DNA of 64,000 nt from contig JBHGNT010000016.1 of assembly GCA_043228905.1 (NCBI GenBank), positions 10,354,001 to 10,418,000 on the forward strand, in the 5' to 3' direction. The notes under the pieces were generated by a model. That model worked only from the letters and a program-made list of their open reading frames with translations. It was not told the DNA's origin and made no database searches. Made by a program: the position numbers and the translations under genes. Below are positions 25,641-37,307 of this stretch, one piece after another. This stretch comes from Azolla caroliniana. Lineage: Eukaryota > Plantae > Polypodiophyta. Position 1 is the stretch's first letter; each line of letters starts with the position of its first letter.

Positions 25641-28600
25641 AACGTGAGCCGGAGAGCTACGCAGAAGCGGCTAAAGATGCGAATTGGCGTGCCGCGATGG
25701 AGGAAGAGATGCACGCATTGGCGGAGAACGAGACCTGGGACCTGGTTGACGCACCGAAGGGTGTGAAGCCGATCGGGTGTAGATGGGTGTACAAAGTCAA
25801 GTACAACACCGATGGCTCGGTCAACCGGTACAAGGCTCGGCTAGTGGCAAAGGGCTACGCGCAGAAACACGGCATCGACTACAATGAGACGTTTGCGCCG
25901 GTCGCAAAAATGACGACCGTTCGTGTTTTGCTCGCAGTTGCCGCGGCCAAGGGGTGGCACCTACATCAAATGGATGTAAAGAATGCGTTCCTGCAAGGTG
26001 ACCTTGAGGAACAAGTGTACATGGTACAGCCCCCCGGATTTCACTCCGGAACGAACTCCTCGGCAGTATGCCGACTGAAGAAGTCCCTTTACGGACTGAA
26101 GCAAGCCCCGCGTGCCTGGAACGCGAAGATCACGCAACAACTGCGTCGGATGGGCTTCGTCACGTCAAAATCGGACTCTTCCCTGTTCATCTGGAAAGGT
26201 CGACTCGGCCTGGTTAGTATTCTACTATATGTCGATGACTTGGTCATCACCGGCACCGACCTAGGTGAAATCGACCGCGTGAAGCTCCAGCTTGCGGCAT
26301 CGTTCGACATGAAGGATCTGGGAGACCTTCATTACTTCCTCGGGATCGAAGTGATCCGTACCCCCGAAGGCATATTGATCAGCCAACATCATTACGTGCT
26401 GAGTATGCTCTTCAAACTCGGGATGGCCGACTGTAAGTCCATCTCGACTCCTCTGGACAGAACCATCAAGCTTCGTCCTGATACGGGAAAGGTATGCGAC
26501 CCGACGAGGTTCCGACAAATTGTCGGTAGCCTCATATACTTGACCATTACCCGACCCGACCTTAGTTATCCGGTCGGTGTGATTAGTCAGTTCATGGCGC
26601 GACCTACCGAGGAGCACCTTTAGTGTGCGCAACGCGTACTTCGGTACGTAAGCGGCACTAAGGACCGGGGACTGCTATATCAGACCGGTGCAGCCGCGCA
26701 GTTAGTCGGCTACACCGATGCTGATTGGGCTGGCAACGCCGCCGATCGCCGATCCACGTCGGGATACGCGTTCTCCCTCGGGAGTGCCGCAATCGCGTTG
26801 TCGTGCCTTTCGGCTCCAGATCGTTGCGTGAGTCGGGTGGGAACCGCCGAGGTTTTGGACTAGGAGGAAGAGGAATACAAATTAAGGCTAGCTATGAATA
26901 GTGGAAAGAGAAGTAAGATAGCAATCTCGTGAATCCCACGAGTTTAGTGTATTTTAAACAATATTTAGATTATAAGAGTAATTTAGATGGCAAAATTCGT
27001 GAATCCCACGAATATATTATATTGATCAATCCTTGTATATTAATCAACAACCTTATACATATTTCTCTCCTCCTTATATAAAGATGGAAGAGGCTAAGCA
27101 TGGCTTCATGCTTTTTCACCAAAAGTGTCCATGCACACTAAATGTGCATGTGATGCTTTGTCATTTCCTAAGTATAGGGCTATTGCACGCTAGATGTGCA
27201 TGAGTCACTTTTAATGTCACGTGTAAATAAAATATTCACACCCTAAAGAATACATGAGTTTTAACTTTTAATAAAGGTATGTGTAAATAAAGGTCTTATA
27301 TGTATTAAATCTATATGTATAACACTAAAGATAAGTTATTAAAATGGTAAAGTTGGGGTTTATCTACGTGGAGGTGTAGGGTTCGAATCTTGCCCTATGC
27401 ACGTGATAAATATTTTGATATATTATTTATTTATTTATATGTATCTAAAATCGGATATATTATTTTATGGTTTTCACGTAGTGTGTGGAATACACTACGA
27501 CAGCGTGGAGCAGTAAGAAGCAGCCGACAGTTGCTCTGTCGAGCACCGAAGCTAAGTACCGAGGAGCGGCTGTCGCGACATGCGAAGCCATATGGTTGAA
27601 GCGGCTACTTAAGGACCTGCAATAGGAGGTGTCAGATCCGACGATGATCTACTGCGACAACCTCAGCAGCATCCAGCTCGCGAAAAACCCCGTTTTCCAC
27701 GCACGGACCAAGCACATTGAGGTGCACTACCATTTCGTCCGTGAGCGTGTCCTTTCCGGTGAAGTCGAACTTCAATACGTTCCAACGGATCGGCAGACTG
27801 CCGACATCTTCACCAACCCTCTTGGTCTAGACAAGTTGTGGCAATTCTCAGGTGCGCTCAGATTGCGTCACCTCGACGTGCCAAATTTGAGGGGGAGAAC
27901 AGTCCCGAACGACCAAGCAAGGCAGTAGGAAAGGAGCGGACACCGCGACACCGAGTCGGTTGACAAGTTTGACTTCGGATCGGCTGAAGAAGCCGAGGGC
28001 GGACCCGCGGAAAAGTCCGGAAGCGGACAAAAGGGGAGCAACCGAAGGAGAGAGCCGAAGCCAACCACGCATGAGGAGGATGACGCCATCGAGGGCGAGA
28101 AGACCGAAGACGAGTTGGAGACAGCCAACTCGGACGAGAGCGAAGACCGATCGGAGGTAGCCGAGTCGGTTCGGATGTTTGATTCAGACACGCTGAATCA
28201 ACCGAGGCCCAAGCGAAAGAAAAGGCAGTAGAAGAAGCGTCAACACCGCAACAACAGAAGAGCTGATGAGGGCCACATGAGCAGACAAGCCGACCGGAAG
28301 GGTCGAAGCGCGCGGAGTGGAACAGGTCGAGGAGCGCGAGCGAGGCGAGAAGCCAAGAGGAACCGGTGCTGTGAAGATCCCGAAGAGCCTCAAGTTGAGC
28401 TTGAGGGGGAGTGTTGAGAGACAAGCTCAACATCGGCCGGATCGGTTGAAGAAGCCGAGGACCGGATTGGTTGGGACCGATCGGTTAGGCCGAGTGCATA
28501 AACCGGGAGGCCGTTAGGAAAGATATTCTGTGAGAAATATATTTGGGAGTTAGTGTAGGAGCTCTTGATGAGCATTGAAGTATTGTCAGTACTTCGGTCA

Positions 28601-28799
28601 GTCCTTCTAGGACTTGTATAAAAGTGCTCACTAAGCACGTCTTATGTACAGAGATTGTGTATTATTGTTGAATATAGTTTTTTGTGTTTCTCTCTCTGTC
28701 TCTCCCGCGTATACTGCGTAAGCCCAAGCTCTCCATTAAACCTGAGTTTCCTCTCTTCTGTTCGGTCTTCATACTTGCTTCCGCACATTTCTTTTTACA
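25641..28799 (+). mobile_element. pol: Family A copia 3' half: RT-RH, tail, PPT, 3' LTR 28412-28799; interrupted by a solo LTR
   Basis: EPESYAEA...KARLVAKGY...HQMDVKNAFL...LYGLKQAPRAW...LYVDDL; GYTDADWAG; AIA|WSSKKQ is restored across the insertion. Confidence 0.92.
26799..27502 (-). mobile_element. Solo LTR (family D-like) with 4-bp TSD GCGT
   Basis: TGTCGT...ACGACA termini; GCGT at 26795-26798 and 27503-27506; removal restores the copia RH frame. Orientation is inferred. Confidence 0.88.
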
Positions 28800-31377
28800 A
28801 CTAATTTATAGAATAAGTGAATGTCAACATCCACATTATTACAAGCATAGTACGTAAATGTTGTGTTCGTCTAGCATAACATTCGTTTTCCTACGTTGGA
28901 AAACGAATGCAAATGTTATTCAAACATTCTTGTGATTTCGTAGCCCTAAGAACCAATCTTCATGAGATGGCATGTGATTGGATGCATCCGAGTTGACAAA
29001 CCATACATTTCCTGAACTAGAGCTGTAGGCTAGGCACAATGCCTTCATCAAATTCGCACTATGCCGCATGAAAAGATAATTATGCGGAAGCTAAATAGAT
29101 CTCAACTAGCTTAGCCGGTTAGTAGCATAAACCACTATTCTTGGGGTGGGGGGTGAAGCATCGCGGTGATGCCTTAGACTTTACACACCATACACATTAC
29201 ACCTTATTCATCCCATACACCTATACGGATAACAACCACAAAGAATGGAATACACAAAGAGAGAGACAAAGACAGAGAGAGCAATACAACAAATCTCTAT
29301 TGCAAAAAGGCTCTGTAAAAACTGTGTCCATACAAATGTGTATCATAGCACTTTTTATACAAGTTCTTAAAAGGACTAACATAAGTACTGACAAATACTT
29401 CAATGCTCGTACTGAGCTATGACACTAACTCTTAAAAATATTCCTATCTACTAGGGTAGGACCATATACCTCTAACGGCCTACTAGTTACATTGATCCGA
29501 ATACCGATCCGGCTCTTGATTACGAACACTGATCCGGCTCTTGGCTTATTCAGCTGATCCGGATCATGTTAAGCTTGTACGCTCAACACTCCCCCTCAAG
29601 CTCAACTTGAGGTTTGATCATGGTGTCTGACTTTGGCGGTTCATGCTTCCGGCTTCTCTTGGCATCTTCATGCCTCGTTCATGCTCCTTGACCCGTCCGT
29701 TCCCACTTTCCACGACCCATTCGGTTCCGCACACCTGGTCAGCTCGACTAGTCGGTCGCATCTTCGACTTGGATCACATATATAGTCCACTCTCCACGTC
29801 GACCCTCCCTAAGTGGACTCTCCGTATCTTCGACTATCGGCTCTTAGCCCGAACAGTCGGCTACTCCTTATCTTCGACTATCAGTTCTTATTCAACCGAG
29901 TTGTTGGCTCCTCCCACAAGAGGGATATATACCTAACGGTCATAACATGAATAATCCTTTTGCTCGTCCGAGTAGCCAATGAGAATGCACTTTGTGGATT
30001 CCGTATCTAGCTTCCTTTGCTTCTCATTCGGCACATGCACATAGGCAATGTTGCTAAACACCCTCAAGTGTCCCAGATTCGGTTTCTTCCCAAAATACAA
30101 CTCTTGTGGTGACACTCCTCCATTTGCAGATGTTCGATTCTGCAGGTAGACGACCGTCAGGACCACTTCCGCCCAATAAAACTTTTTCAAATGCATCTCT
30201 TCAAGCATCGCCCATGCCGCTTCTTGTATCATCTAATTCTTCCGCTCGGCCATGTCGTTCTGCTCCGGTGTGTTTCTACAAGAGAGATCTCGTCGAATTC
30301 CTTCCTTTTGCATATAACTCGAGAACTGGTCAGAAAAGTACTCTTTTCCGCCAGGACCTTAGGCACTTGATCTTCCTTCTGGATTCCCTTTCAGCAAGGC
30401 TCTTCACTTTCAGGAAACAGGCAAAGACTTTGTTGTTCTTCCCAATCAAGCACAACCAAGTGTACCAATTGTAGTCATCGATGAAGGGTACAAAATAATG
30501 GCTTCATCCGATATTCAAGTTTTGTGCCTGTCCCCACACATCCGAATAGATTAATTGGAGCCGATTCCTGCTCTGATTTCGTTCGTTGGGCAATGGAAGT
30601 CGGTGTTGCTTCTCTAACTGGCAGGCTTCACAGACTTAATTGTTTTGGCCACTGAATTTTGGTAATCCAAACACAATGTTCTTTATCTGCATCTCCTGAA
30701 GTCACGGGAAGTTCACATGACTGAACCGTTTGTCCCATAGGTCGATATTGGACTTGACCTTTTTCTCTTTCGCGAACATAGAGGTTCCTATTTCTTTGGT
30801 GTCAAGGATAAACATCCTACTGTTACGGCGCCCTTACGCAATAATTTGGCCTCTCTTCCTCGATGAAGCACCCAAGATGTGTGAATCGAACTTGCAACCC
30901 CTGGTCGATAATTTGCCCGATCGACACTAGGTTCTTTGTAACTATTGTTACCGATTAGGAACACGGTCTGCGGTCAGTCCTTCGACCTAGACCTCCAAGT
31001 GATTGTGAAACAAGGAATGTTCCCCGTAACCTAGCAACGTATAAGGGAGACGGCTACAACCGACTCCTTATCAGTGGTTACACACTCACGTTCTTACACT
31101 CTCAAGTATTCCAGACACACAGTAGATTAGCCGTAGCTATACACAGATTTTCAGAGAAGATAGAATTCTATTACGATACGCTTCTTTACATTCCAAAATT
31201 ACACGCCCCCTCTATCAGAGGTTTTCTGCCCTTTATATATGCAGGGTCTTTTTAGCCGTTCACGCTTCCTGGCATGCGTTATGATCTTATATTATTTCTT
31301 ATTCATACGCTCATGTCCGTCAGTTACTATTCCGGCGGACAACACCTGGCACGCTTGTGGGACAGTGCCCTGGCACG

Positions 31378-31990
31378 TCAAACCCATCCCGTTAATCTTC
31401 TTCCAAAATGGTCCGGATGTTTGGCTATGCTACGGTGTCTGTGTTTGGAGGCGACGTAGGGCCCGTAGGTGCATCGTGGTGTGGTTCCCCTGTTTGGTCG
31501 GGATGGGAATAGCACCGTAAGGTGTTGTTGTATGATCGGCCTGAGCTTCTTGCCTCCCTGATACACATGCAGGCCTTCCCTTAACGTCGGCCATGTGATG
31601 ACCCCCCAATCGACCGAATAGCCTTCAAAGGTATCAATAATGATACCCGCCTTCTGCTTGGGCATCCCATATGTGTTGACGTGTATGCAGTCGACCTCTA
31701 ACAGGAACTTGGTGACTTCATGGAAGAAGGGATCCGGGATCTGCTTCGTTCTATAGGCCTTAGCGGAGGAGGAATATGGACCGAAATATCTTTGCAGCGC
31801 CTCTGAAGGAGGGATTTCGAAATGCCTTTCGCCTAGCGATGATAGGTCCAACTTTTTCCGGATGGAAGAGTTGGTGATCGTGTCGATGTTAAGCTTTCTG
31901 GCGATGTCCATGGCATCCGGGTGTGGAGGTGCCTTTGCAACCCGGATGTACCCATCCAGGCGTTTCTCCACGAGCCATCAACGTTAAGGC
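31378..31990 (-). CDS. Extra ORF 3' of integrase in family E gypsy, unknown function, probably truncated
   Basis: 197-aa ORF of globular composition lying between INT and the 3' LTR, in the sense orientation. Confidence 0.6.
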
Positions 31991-34201
31991 AGTAGAGATG
32001 AAGATCGGCATCGCCAGAGTAGGTTCGTGGGGAGGAGACTGGTGGTTGCGGTGGGCTGGAGCTCTGTGATAGGATGGAGGAGAAGGTGAGGGGGAGGAGC
32101 GATGGGAGCCCTGATAGTTAGAAGGTGGGTTTCTGTTTTCTGCAAAAGATCTTCTATTTCCTTCTTTTTGTGGCTTAGGGTTCATTGGGCAGTGAGCCAT
32201 CGTGGTGCCGCGTCTTCTTGATCTAGGAGTTTGTGCATGCATTTAGTCCTTTTTCTTTAATAGTGTCGCTATCTTCTCTCTCTCTTTTTTCTTCTTCTTT
32301 TTTCATAACGGTTACATACAACCTATTTTTACATTATGATACAAGTGGGGCCGTCCACTTACGCCGCAGGTTCTCCGGCTTTGTCTTGTCCAGCGTTGAA
32401 TGGGTTAGGTGGCATAGGGCCCAGGTAAGGTTTAAGGCGAAACCCATTCACCTTTTGCCGTAATACTTCCCCGACCAGTGTACCTAGTTGGATTGTGCCT
32501 TGTTCCGCTCCAATTATCCAGTACAGGCTTGTCCAGCGGAATCGTAACTTCCCTGGCATATGGCCCATGCGGGTTTGGAAAACCAGCACCGCTCGACTGA
32601 CGGTGAAATCCTTTTCCCTTGCGTTCCGATGTCGACCCACAAACGCTTTATGCCGTCGTTGTTCATGCTCCAACACAGCCATGCTCTGTACGCGTTTTTC
32701 CCCGAGTTCAAGTAGCTGGTGGAGCCATACCTCCTCTGACTTGGCTTCCGATAGTCAGTCTCGTACCTGAATCCGCAAACTGGGTATCTGAAATTCTACC
32801 GGCATCACAGCCTCCAGCCCAAACACTAGTCGAAACGGTGTTGACTGTATGCTTTGCTTGTAGCTGGTTCTGTACTCCCATAACGCACTCTGTAATTTAG
32901 TATCCCAGTCCGTTCTATTTTCATTGATGATTTTCTTCAAGATGGTCTGCAACGTCTTGTTGGTGGATTCCGCTAACCCATTCGCCTGTGGATAATATGG
33001 CGTACTCTTCTTGTGGACTACGGCGTAATGATGTGTTAGTTCCCAAACCACCATATTGAGAAAGTGGCTCCCCTGGTCACTGATGAGCTCAATCAGACAT
33101 CCGAACCGGCACCAGATGTGCTCGTAAAGGAATCTCATTGTGACGGCCGCCGTATTTTCTCGTAGTGCCTTTGCTTCTACCCACTTGGTGCAATAATCTA
33201 TGGCTACCAATATGTATTTATTGCCCGTACGGGCTGTCGCCGGTGTGAAGGGGCCCACAAAATCCAATCCCCACTTTTGGAAGGGGTCTAACGGTAATAC
33301 GGGCTGGTGTGGCACCCTTGCGCCCTCCGTGGGTTGGCCCATCCATTGACACAAATCACACTTTCCACAACACTCAAATGCATCCTTCTGCGTTGTTGGC
33401 CACCATAGGCCTGCCTGCCATATTCTCCAGGCTGTAACATCGCCCGCATAATGGCCGCCTGTCGTGCCACAGTGCGCCTCCCGTAAAACTACTTCTTACT
33501 CATCCTGACATACCCCACATCGCGAAATGTCGTCACTTCCTTTGTGATATAAAATTCCTTCTACGAGGCAGAAGTTACGGCTTTGGACGGCTAGTCGTTT
33601 CTTCTCGTCCGTGCGTAATTGTGGTGGAGCCAGTCCCGTAGTCAAAAAGTATGTCATTTCAATAAGCCACCGGTTCGGAAAGGTCGATTCCATTCTTTCT
33701 GCCAGTGCTACTACCCGCAGGATGTCCGCGTCCGGAAAATCGTCATCGTCCTTCTGTACTGTTTCTCCATTATCGAGTCTGCTCAAAAAATCTGCCACTA
33801 CGTGTAGCCACGAGTCATCCCCGTATTTTGCCCCCCGGTCAGTGCTGAATTACAAAACCGAATTCTTGAAGCAGCAGCATCCATCGCGCCAATTTCCCTG
33901 TCAGGGCTTGTTTCTCCACCAAATACAGCAGCACCGAATGATCCACGTGGAACGTGAATTTCCTCCCCAATAAATAATGCCGGAATTTATTGATGCTATA
34001 GATCATCCCTAGCGCCTCGCGCTCTGTTGTGGAATAGTTGTTGATAATTTGCGACTAGCGTACTACACTGGCCGGTACCAGTTTGGTTCGGTGAGCTGCA
34101 TTAGCACACTCCCTTTTGCTATGTCCGAGGCGTCGACGAACACGTGGAATGTCTTCGCCCAAACTGGTCGTTGTACAATGGGGGCTTGTGTGAGCATTAT
34201 C

Positions 34202-36181
34202 TTAAGAGCCTCCTAGGCCTTGTCCTCCGTTGCGGTCCATTGGAAGGGAGTTCGATGCACGATAGCATGTAACGGCGTGGCGAAGTCCGCCAAATATTGT
34301 ATCATCCGACTGCCACCGTATTTGTCCTAAAAACCGACCGAGTGATTTCGTGTTTGTCGGAGTTTTGGCTTGCGTAATCGCGGAGATCTTGTTCGGATCA
34401 ACCGCTATTCCCTCCTTGCTGACTATATGGCCTAGGAGAGTCCTATTGGTCACGCCGAGGGCACATTTCGCGGGATTTAGGCTTAAGCGTGCGGTGCGGC
34501 AACGTTCCAGGCACAGTGGCAGATGCGTAAAATGGTCTATTGTTCTCCCATATACCGCAAAGTCGTCTAAAAAAACTTGCATGAACGCCGGAATATATTC
34601 CCCAAAGATCTCCGTAATTGTCCGTTGAAATGTTGTCACCGCCATCTTTAGCCCGAACATCATGACGATTGCCACAAAGACTCCCCAGTCCGTGACAAAT
34701 GTCGTCTTCTCTTGGTCCTCGGGATGCATGCGTACCTGGTTATACCCACTGAAGCCATCTAAAAAACTGTACATCTCATGTCCTACGACGGCGTCCAGTA
34801 CGCTATCAGTGAATGGTAAAGGGAATGCGTCTGTAATGGTTACGACATTTAATTTTTGGTAATCCATGCATACCCGTATTTTGTCGTTTTTCTTTGGAAC
34901 GACTACTATCAGACTTAACCATGTGGCTTGTTTAACTGGACGTCTGAACCCCGCCTTTAGGAGTTTGTCAATTTCTTCTTTTATGCGGGTCACGTAGTTC
35001 AGGTTCATGCGGTAGCGGCGCTGTTGGACGGGTTTTGCGTCGGTTGCTAAATTGATCTTATGTTGATAGAACTTGGGATCTAACCCCTTCATGTCCTCGT
35101 GAGCCCAAGCGAACACATCTTTATATTTCTTGAGTAGTGCGATCATCGTGTTTCTCTGGTCCGACCTTAATTCCTTTGTGATGGAGAGGAAACGGGGTTC
35201 TGACTCCGTACCCACATTTACTTCTTCCAAGGCGGAGGCGGTGACTCGTCGTGAAATTTCCATTTCCCTTTCGAATGCCGCTCGTGCTCTTCTGAGTTCC
35301 AATATGGACTCTAGGTTTGGTTCGTAAGCCTCATCGTGGAGAATAGTGGTCATGGCATATTCTACCGCGGTTGTGATGACGTCGATTTCGAACAGCGGAA
35401 TGATCCGAGGGTGCTCATCTAGGTATGCCTCTAATTCTGCATCCTCCACCCCAACCAACATATTTATATCTTCTGCGTCGCCCTTCTCGGCTCCTGGTGG
35501 TGTGTGCCGATCCCTTGGTGCGACTTGCTCCTCACGGTTCGGCCTTGTTTGTCGGAACGCACGCGGTGGTTGTTGTTGGTCCTGGCGTGGTTCTTGGTGT
35601 CGCTCATCTCCCGAGCTTTCGTCGTATTGCTGGTGGGCTCGATATTGCCGCGGCTTCCCACGATAACCATTGAAGCCGCCACGTTTGTTTGTCGGCCGGT
35701 GATTCTCATAGAGTCGGCCCCCTTTAGCATAACTCGGAGGTCCACGATAATCCTCATCCTCTAGTTCATCTTCCTCGGAATCGTTGTGATTCTGGCGATT
35801 CTGGTGGTGCCGGTCGTCACATGGGTTGCGATCCACATACCGTGGTCGGCCTTCTTGCCTCCTTTGTTCAGTACGGCGTGGGGGACGCTGTGTGTCCATG
35901 TTGTGTATTGTGGGAACGGCTCTGTTCAACATATTGTATTCGCATTGGTCGGCTGTGTGAGCCTTCGAGTGGCAGATTGGGCAGTGGATTTGCATGTTGC
36001 AGTCCACTGCGGAATGCCCCGAGTTCAAGCAAATCGTGCATTGGATTGCTTGACGAAACTGGCGTTCCTCGTCCTGGGGTAACGCTCGTCGTACGGAGGA
36101 CATAGAAAACCTTTCCTCCTCCTCCTCCAACTCGAGTTGTAACGCTTGTTCAATGACCATATCCACCGTTTCCCCTTTCAC
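34202..36181 (-). pseudogene. gag-pol: gag (tandem zinc knuckles) fused in frame to RT; protease deleted; frameshift near the RT end
   Basis: CTICLNSGHSAVDC-x4-CPICHSKAHTADQC; PPGAEKG|DAEDINML junction; LDGFSGYNQV and VFLDDF. Confidence 0.88.
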
Positions 36182-36358
36182 GCTATTGTTGTTGATAATT
36201 TGCGACTATCGTAGTACATTGGCCACTACCAGTTTGGTTCAGTGAGCTACATTAGCGCACTCCCTATTGCTATGTTCGAGGCGTCGACGAACACGTGGAA
36301 TGGCTTCGCCAATACTGGTGGTTGTATGACGGGGGCCTGTGTGAGCATTATCTTAAGT

Positions 36359-36434
36359 GCACTTGTGGCCTAATGGATAAGGCATTTGACTTCTAATCAA
36401 GGGATTGTGGGTTCGAGTCCCACCGGGTGTGCCA
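36359..36434 (+). tRNA. Full-length tRNA-Arg(TCT) retrocopy with encoded CCA, located at the PBS position
   Basis: GCACTTG TGGCCTAATGGATAAGGC A TTTGA CTTCTAA TCAAG GGATT GTGGG TTCGAGT CCCAC CGGGTGT G CCA folds as a 76-nt cloverleaf and ends 4 nt from the LTR. Confidence 0.92.
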
Positions 36435-37307
36435 AAAGTGTTACCGATTAAGAACACGGTCTGCAATCAGTCCTTCGACCTAGACCTCCAAGTGATTGGG
36501 AAACAAGGAATGGTGGCGTCTATGCGTAATACGTAGGGGAATGTTCCTCGTAACCTAGTAGCATATAAGGGAGATGGCTACAACCGACTCCTTATAAGTG
36601 GTTACACACTCACGTTCTTACACTCTTAGGTATTCCAGACACACAGTAGATTAGTCGTAGCTATACACAGATTTTCAGAGAAGATAGAATTCTATTACGA
36701 TACGCTTCTTTACATTCCAAAATTACACGCCCCCTCTATCAGAGGTTTTCTGCCCTTTATATATGTAAGGTCTTTTTAGCCGTTCACGCTTCCTACGTGA
36801 ACCGTTACATGCGTTATGATCTTATATTATTTCTTATTCCTACGCTCTTGTCCGTCGGTTACTATTCCGGCGGACAACAACTGTCAGAACCTGCAGCATC
36901 TTCATAAGTTTCCCTTTCTATCCGACATGGCTAAGGGGAACTTCTCCAACTTGTTTGATTGGGTGCGGAGTGTCCTCTCCGATTTTGACCACTCCTGGTT
37001 GCTCCAGTTTCTCTAGATATGAGAACCATTCTTCATGGATCCCCATATGTTTTGTCACTTTGGAGTCAACGTAACACACCTCATATGATTGTGAGGGGGT
37101 CTTCTTCATCGCGTTAGCCTTGTGCTTCATCACAAAGTCTGGCTCTTTTCCGGTTTTTCCTATTCCGAATCCTCCGATCCTTCAGTGTAGTGCGACTTTT
37201 GCCAATTCCTATGTTCGGCTTTGCCGGATCCGAATTTGTCTGAATCAGTATGCTTCTTCAACGGAGTTACTGACGCCGAGAGCCACGCTTGGTTGTTCCT
37301 CAATGAT

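Larger units (their letters stand above)
30946..36879 (-). mobile_element. Family E gypsy with both LTRs (5' 36439-36879, 3' 30946-31344), rearranged interior
   Basis: TGTT...AACA LTR pair; TSD ACTAT/ACTGT; gag-RT ORF 34202-36181; RH ~33800-34200; INT 32359-33800; extra ORF 31378-31971. Confidence 0.92.
29069..37307 (-). mobile_element. Family A copia, deleted (RT-RH missing): 3' LTR 29069-29588, INT 29930-30945, PR 36880-37140; host of the 30946-36879 gypsy
   Basis: PPT GAGGGGGAG on the minus strand at ~29589-29597; FYWAEVVLT...HLRVF...KCILIGY; MLQVLIVTKNLVSIGQI is restored across the insertion. Confidence 0.85.

Noticed and set aside
28263-28320. Hammerhead ribozyme (retrozyme) core CTGATGAG
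   Set aside because: No correctly placed GAAA or stems were found, and the same holds for the hits near 24829 and 46812.
36359-36434. Ordinary functional host tRNA-Arg gene
   Set aside because: It has an encoded CCA, no adjacent T-run terminator, extra G-U pairs in the acceptor stem, and sits exactly at a PBS, so it is better explained as a primer copy.
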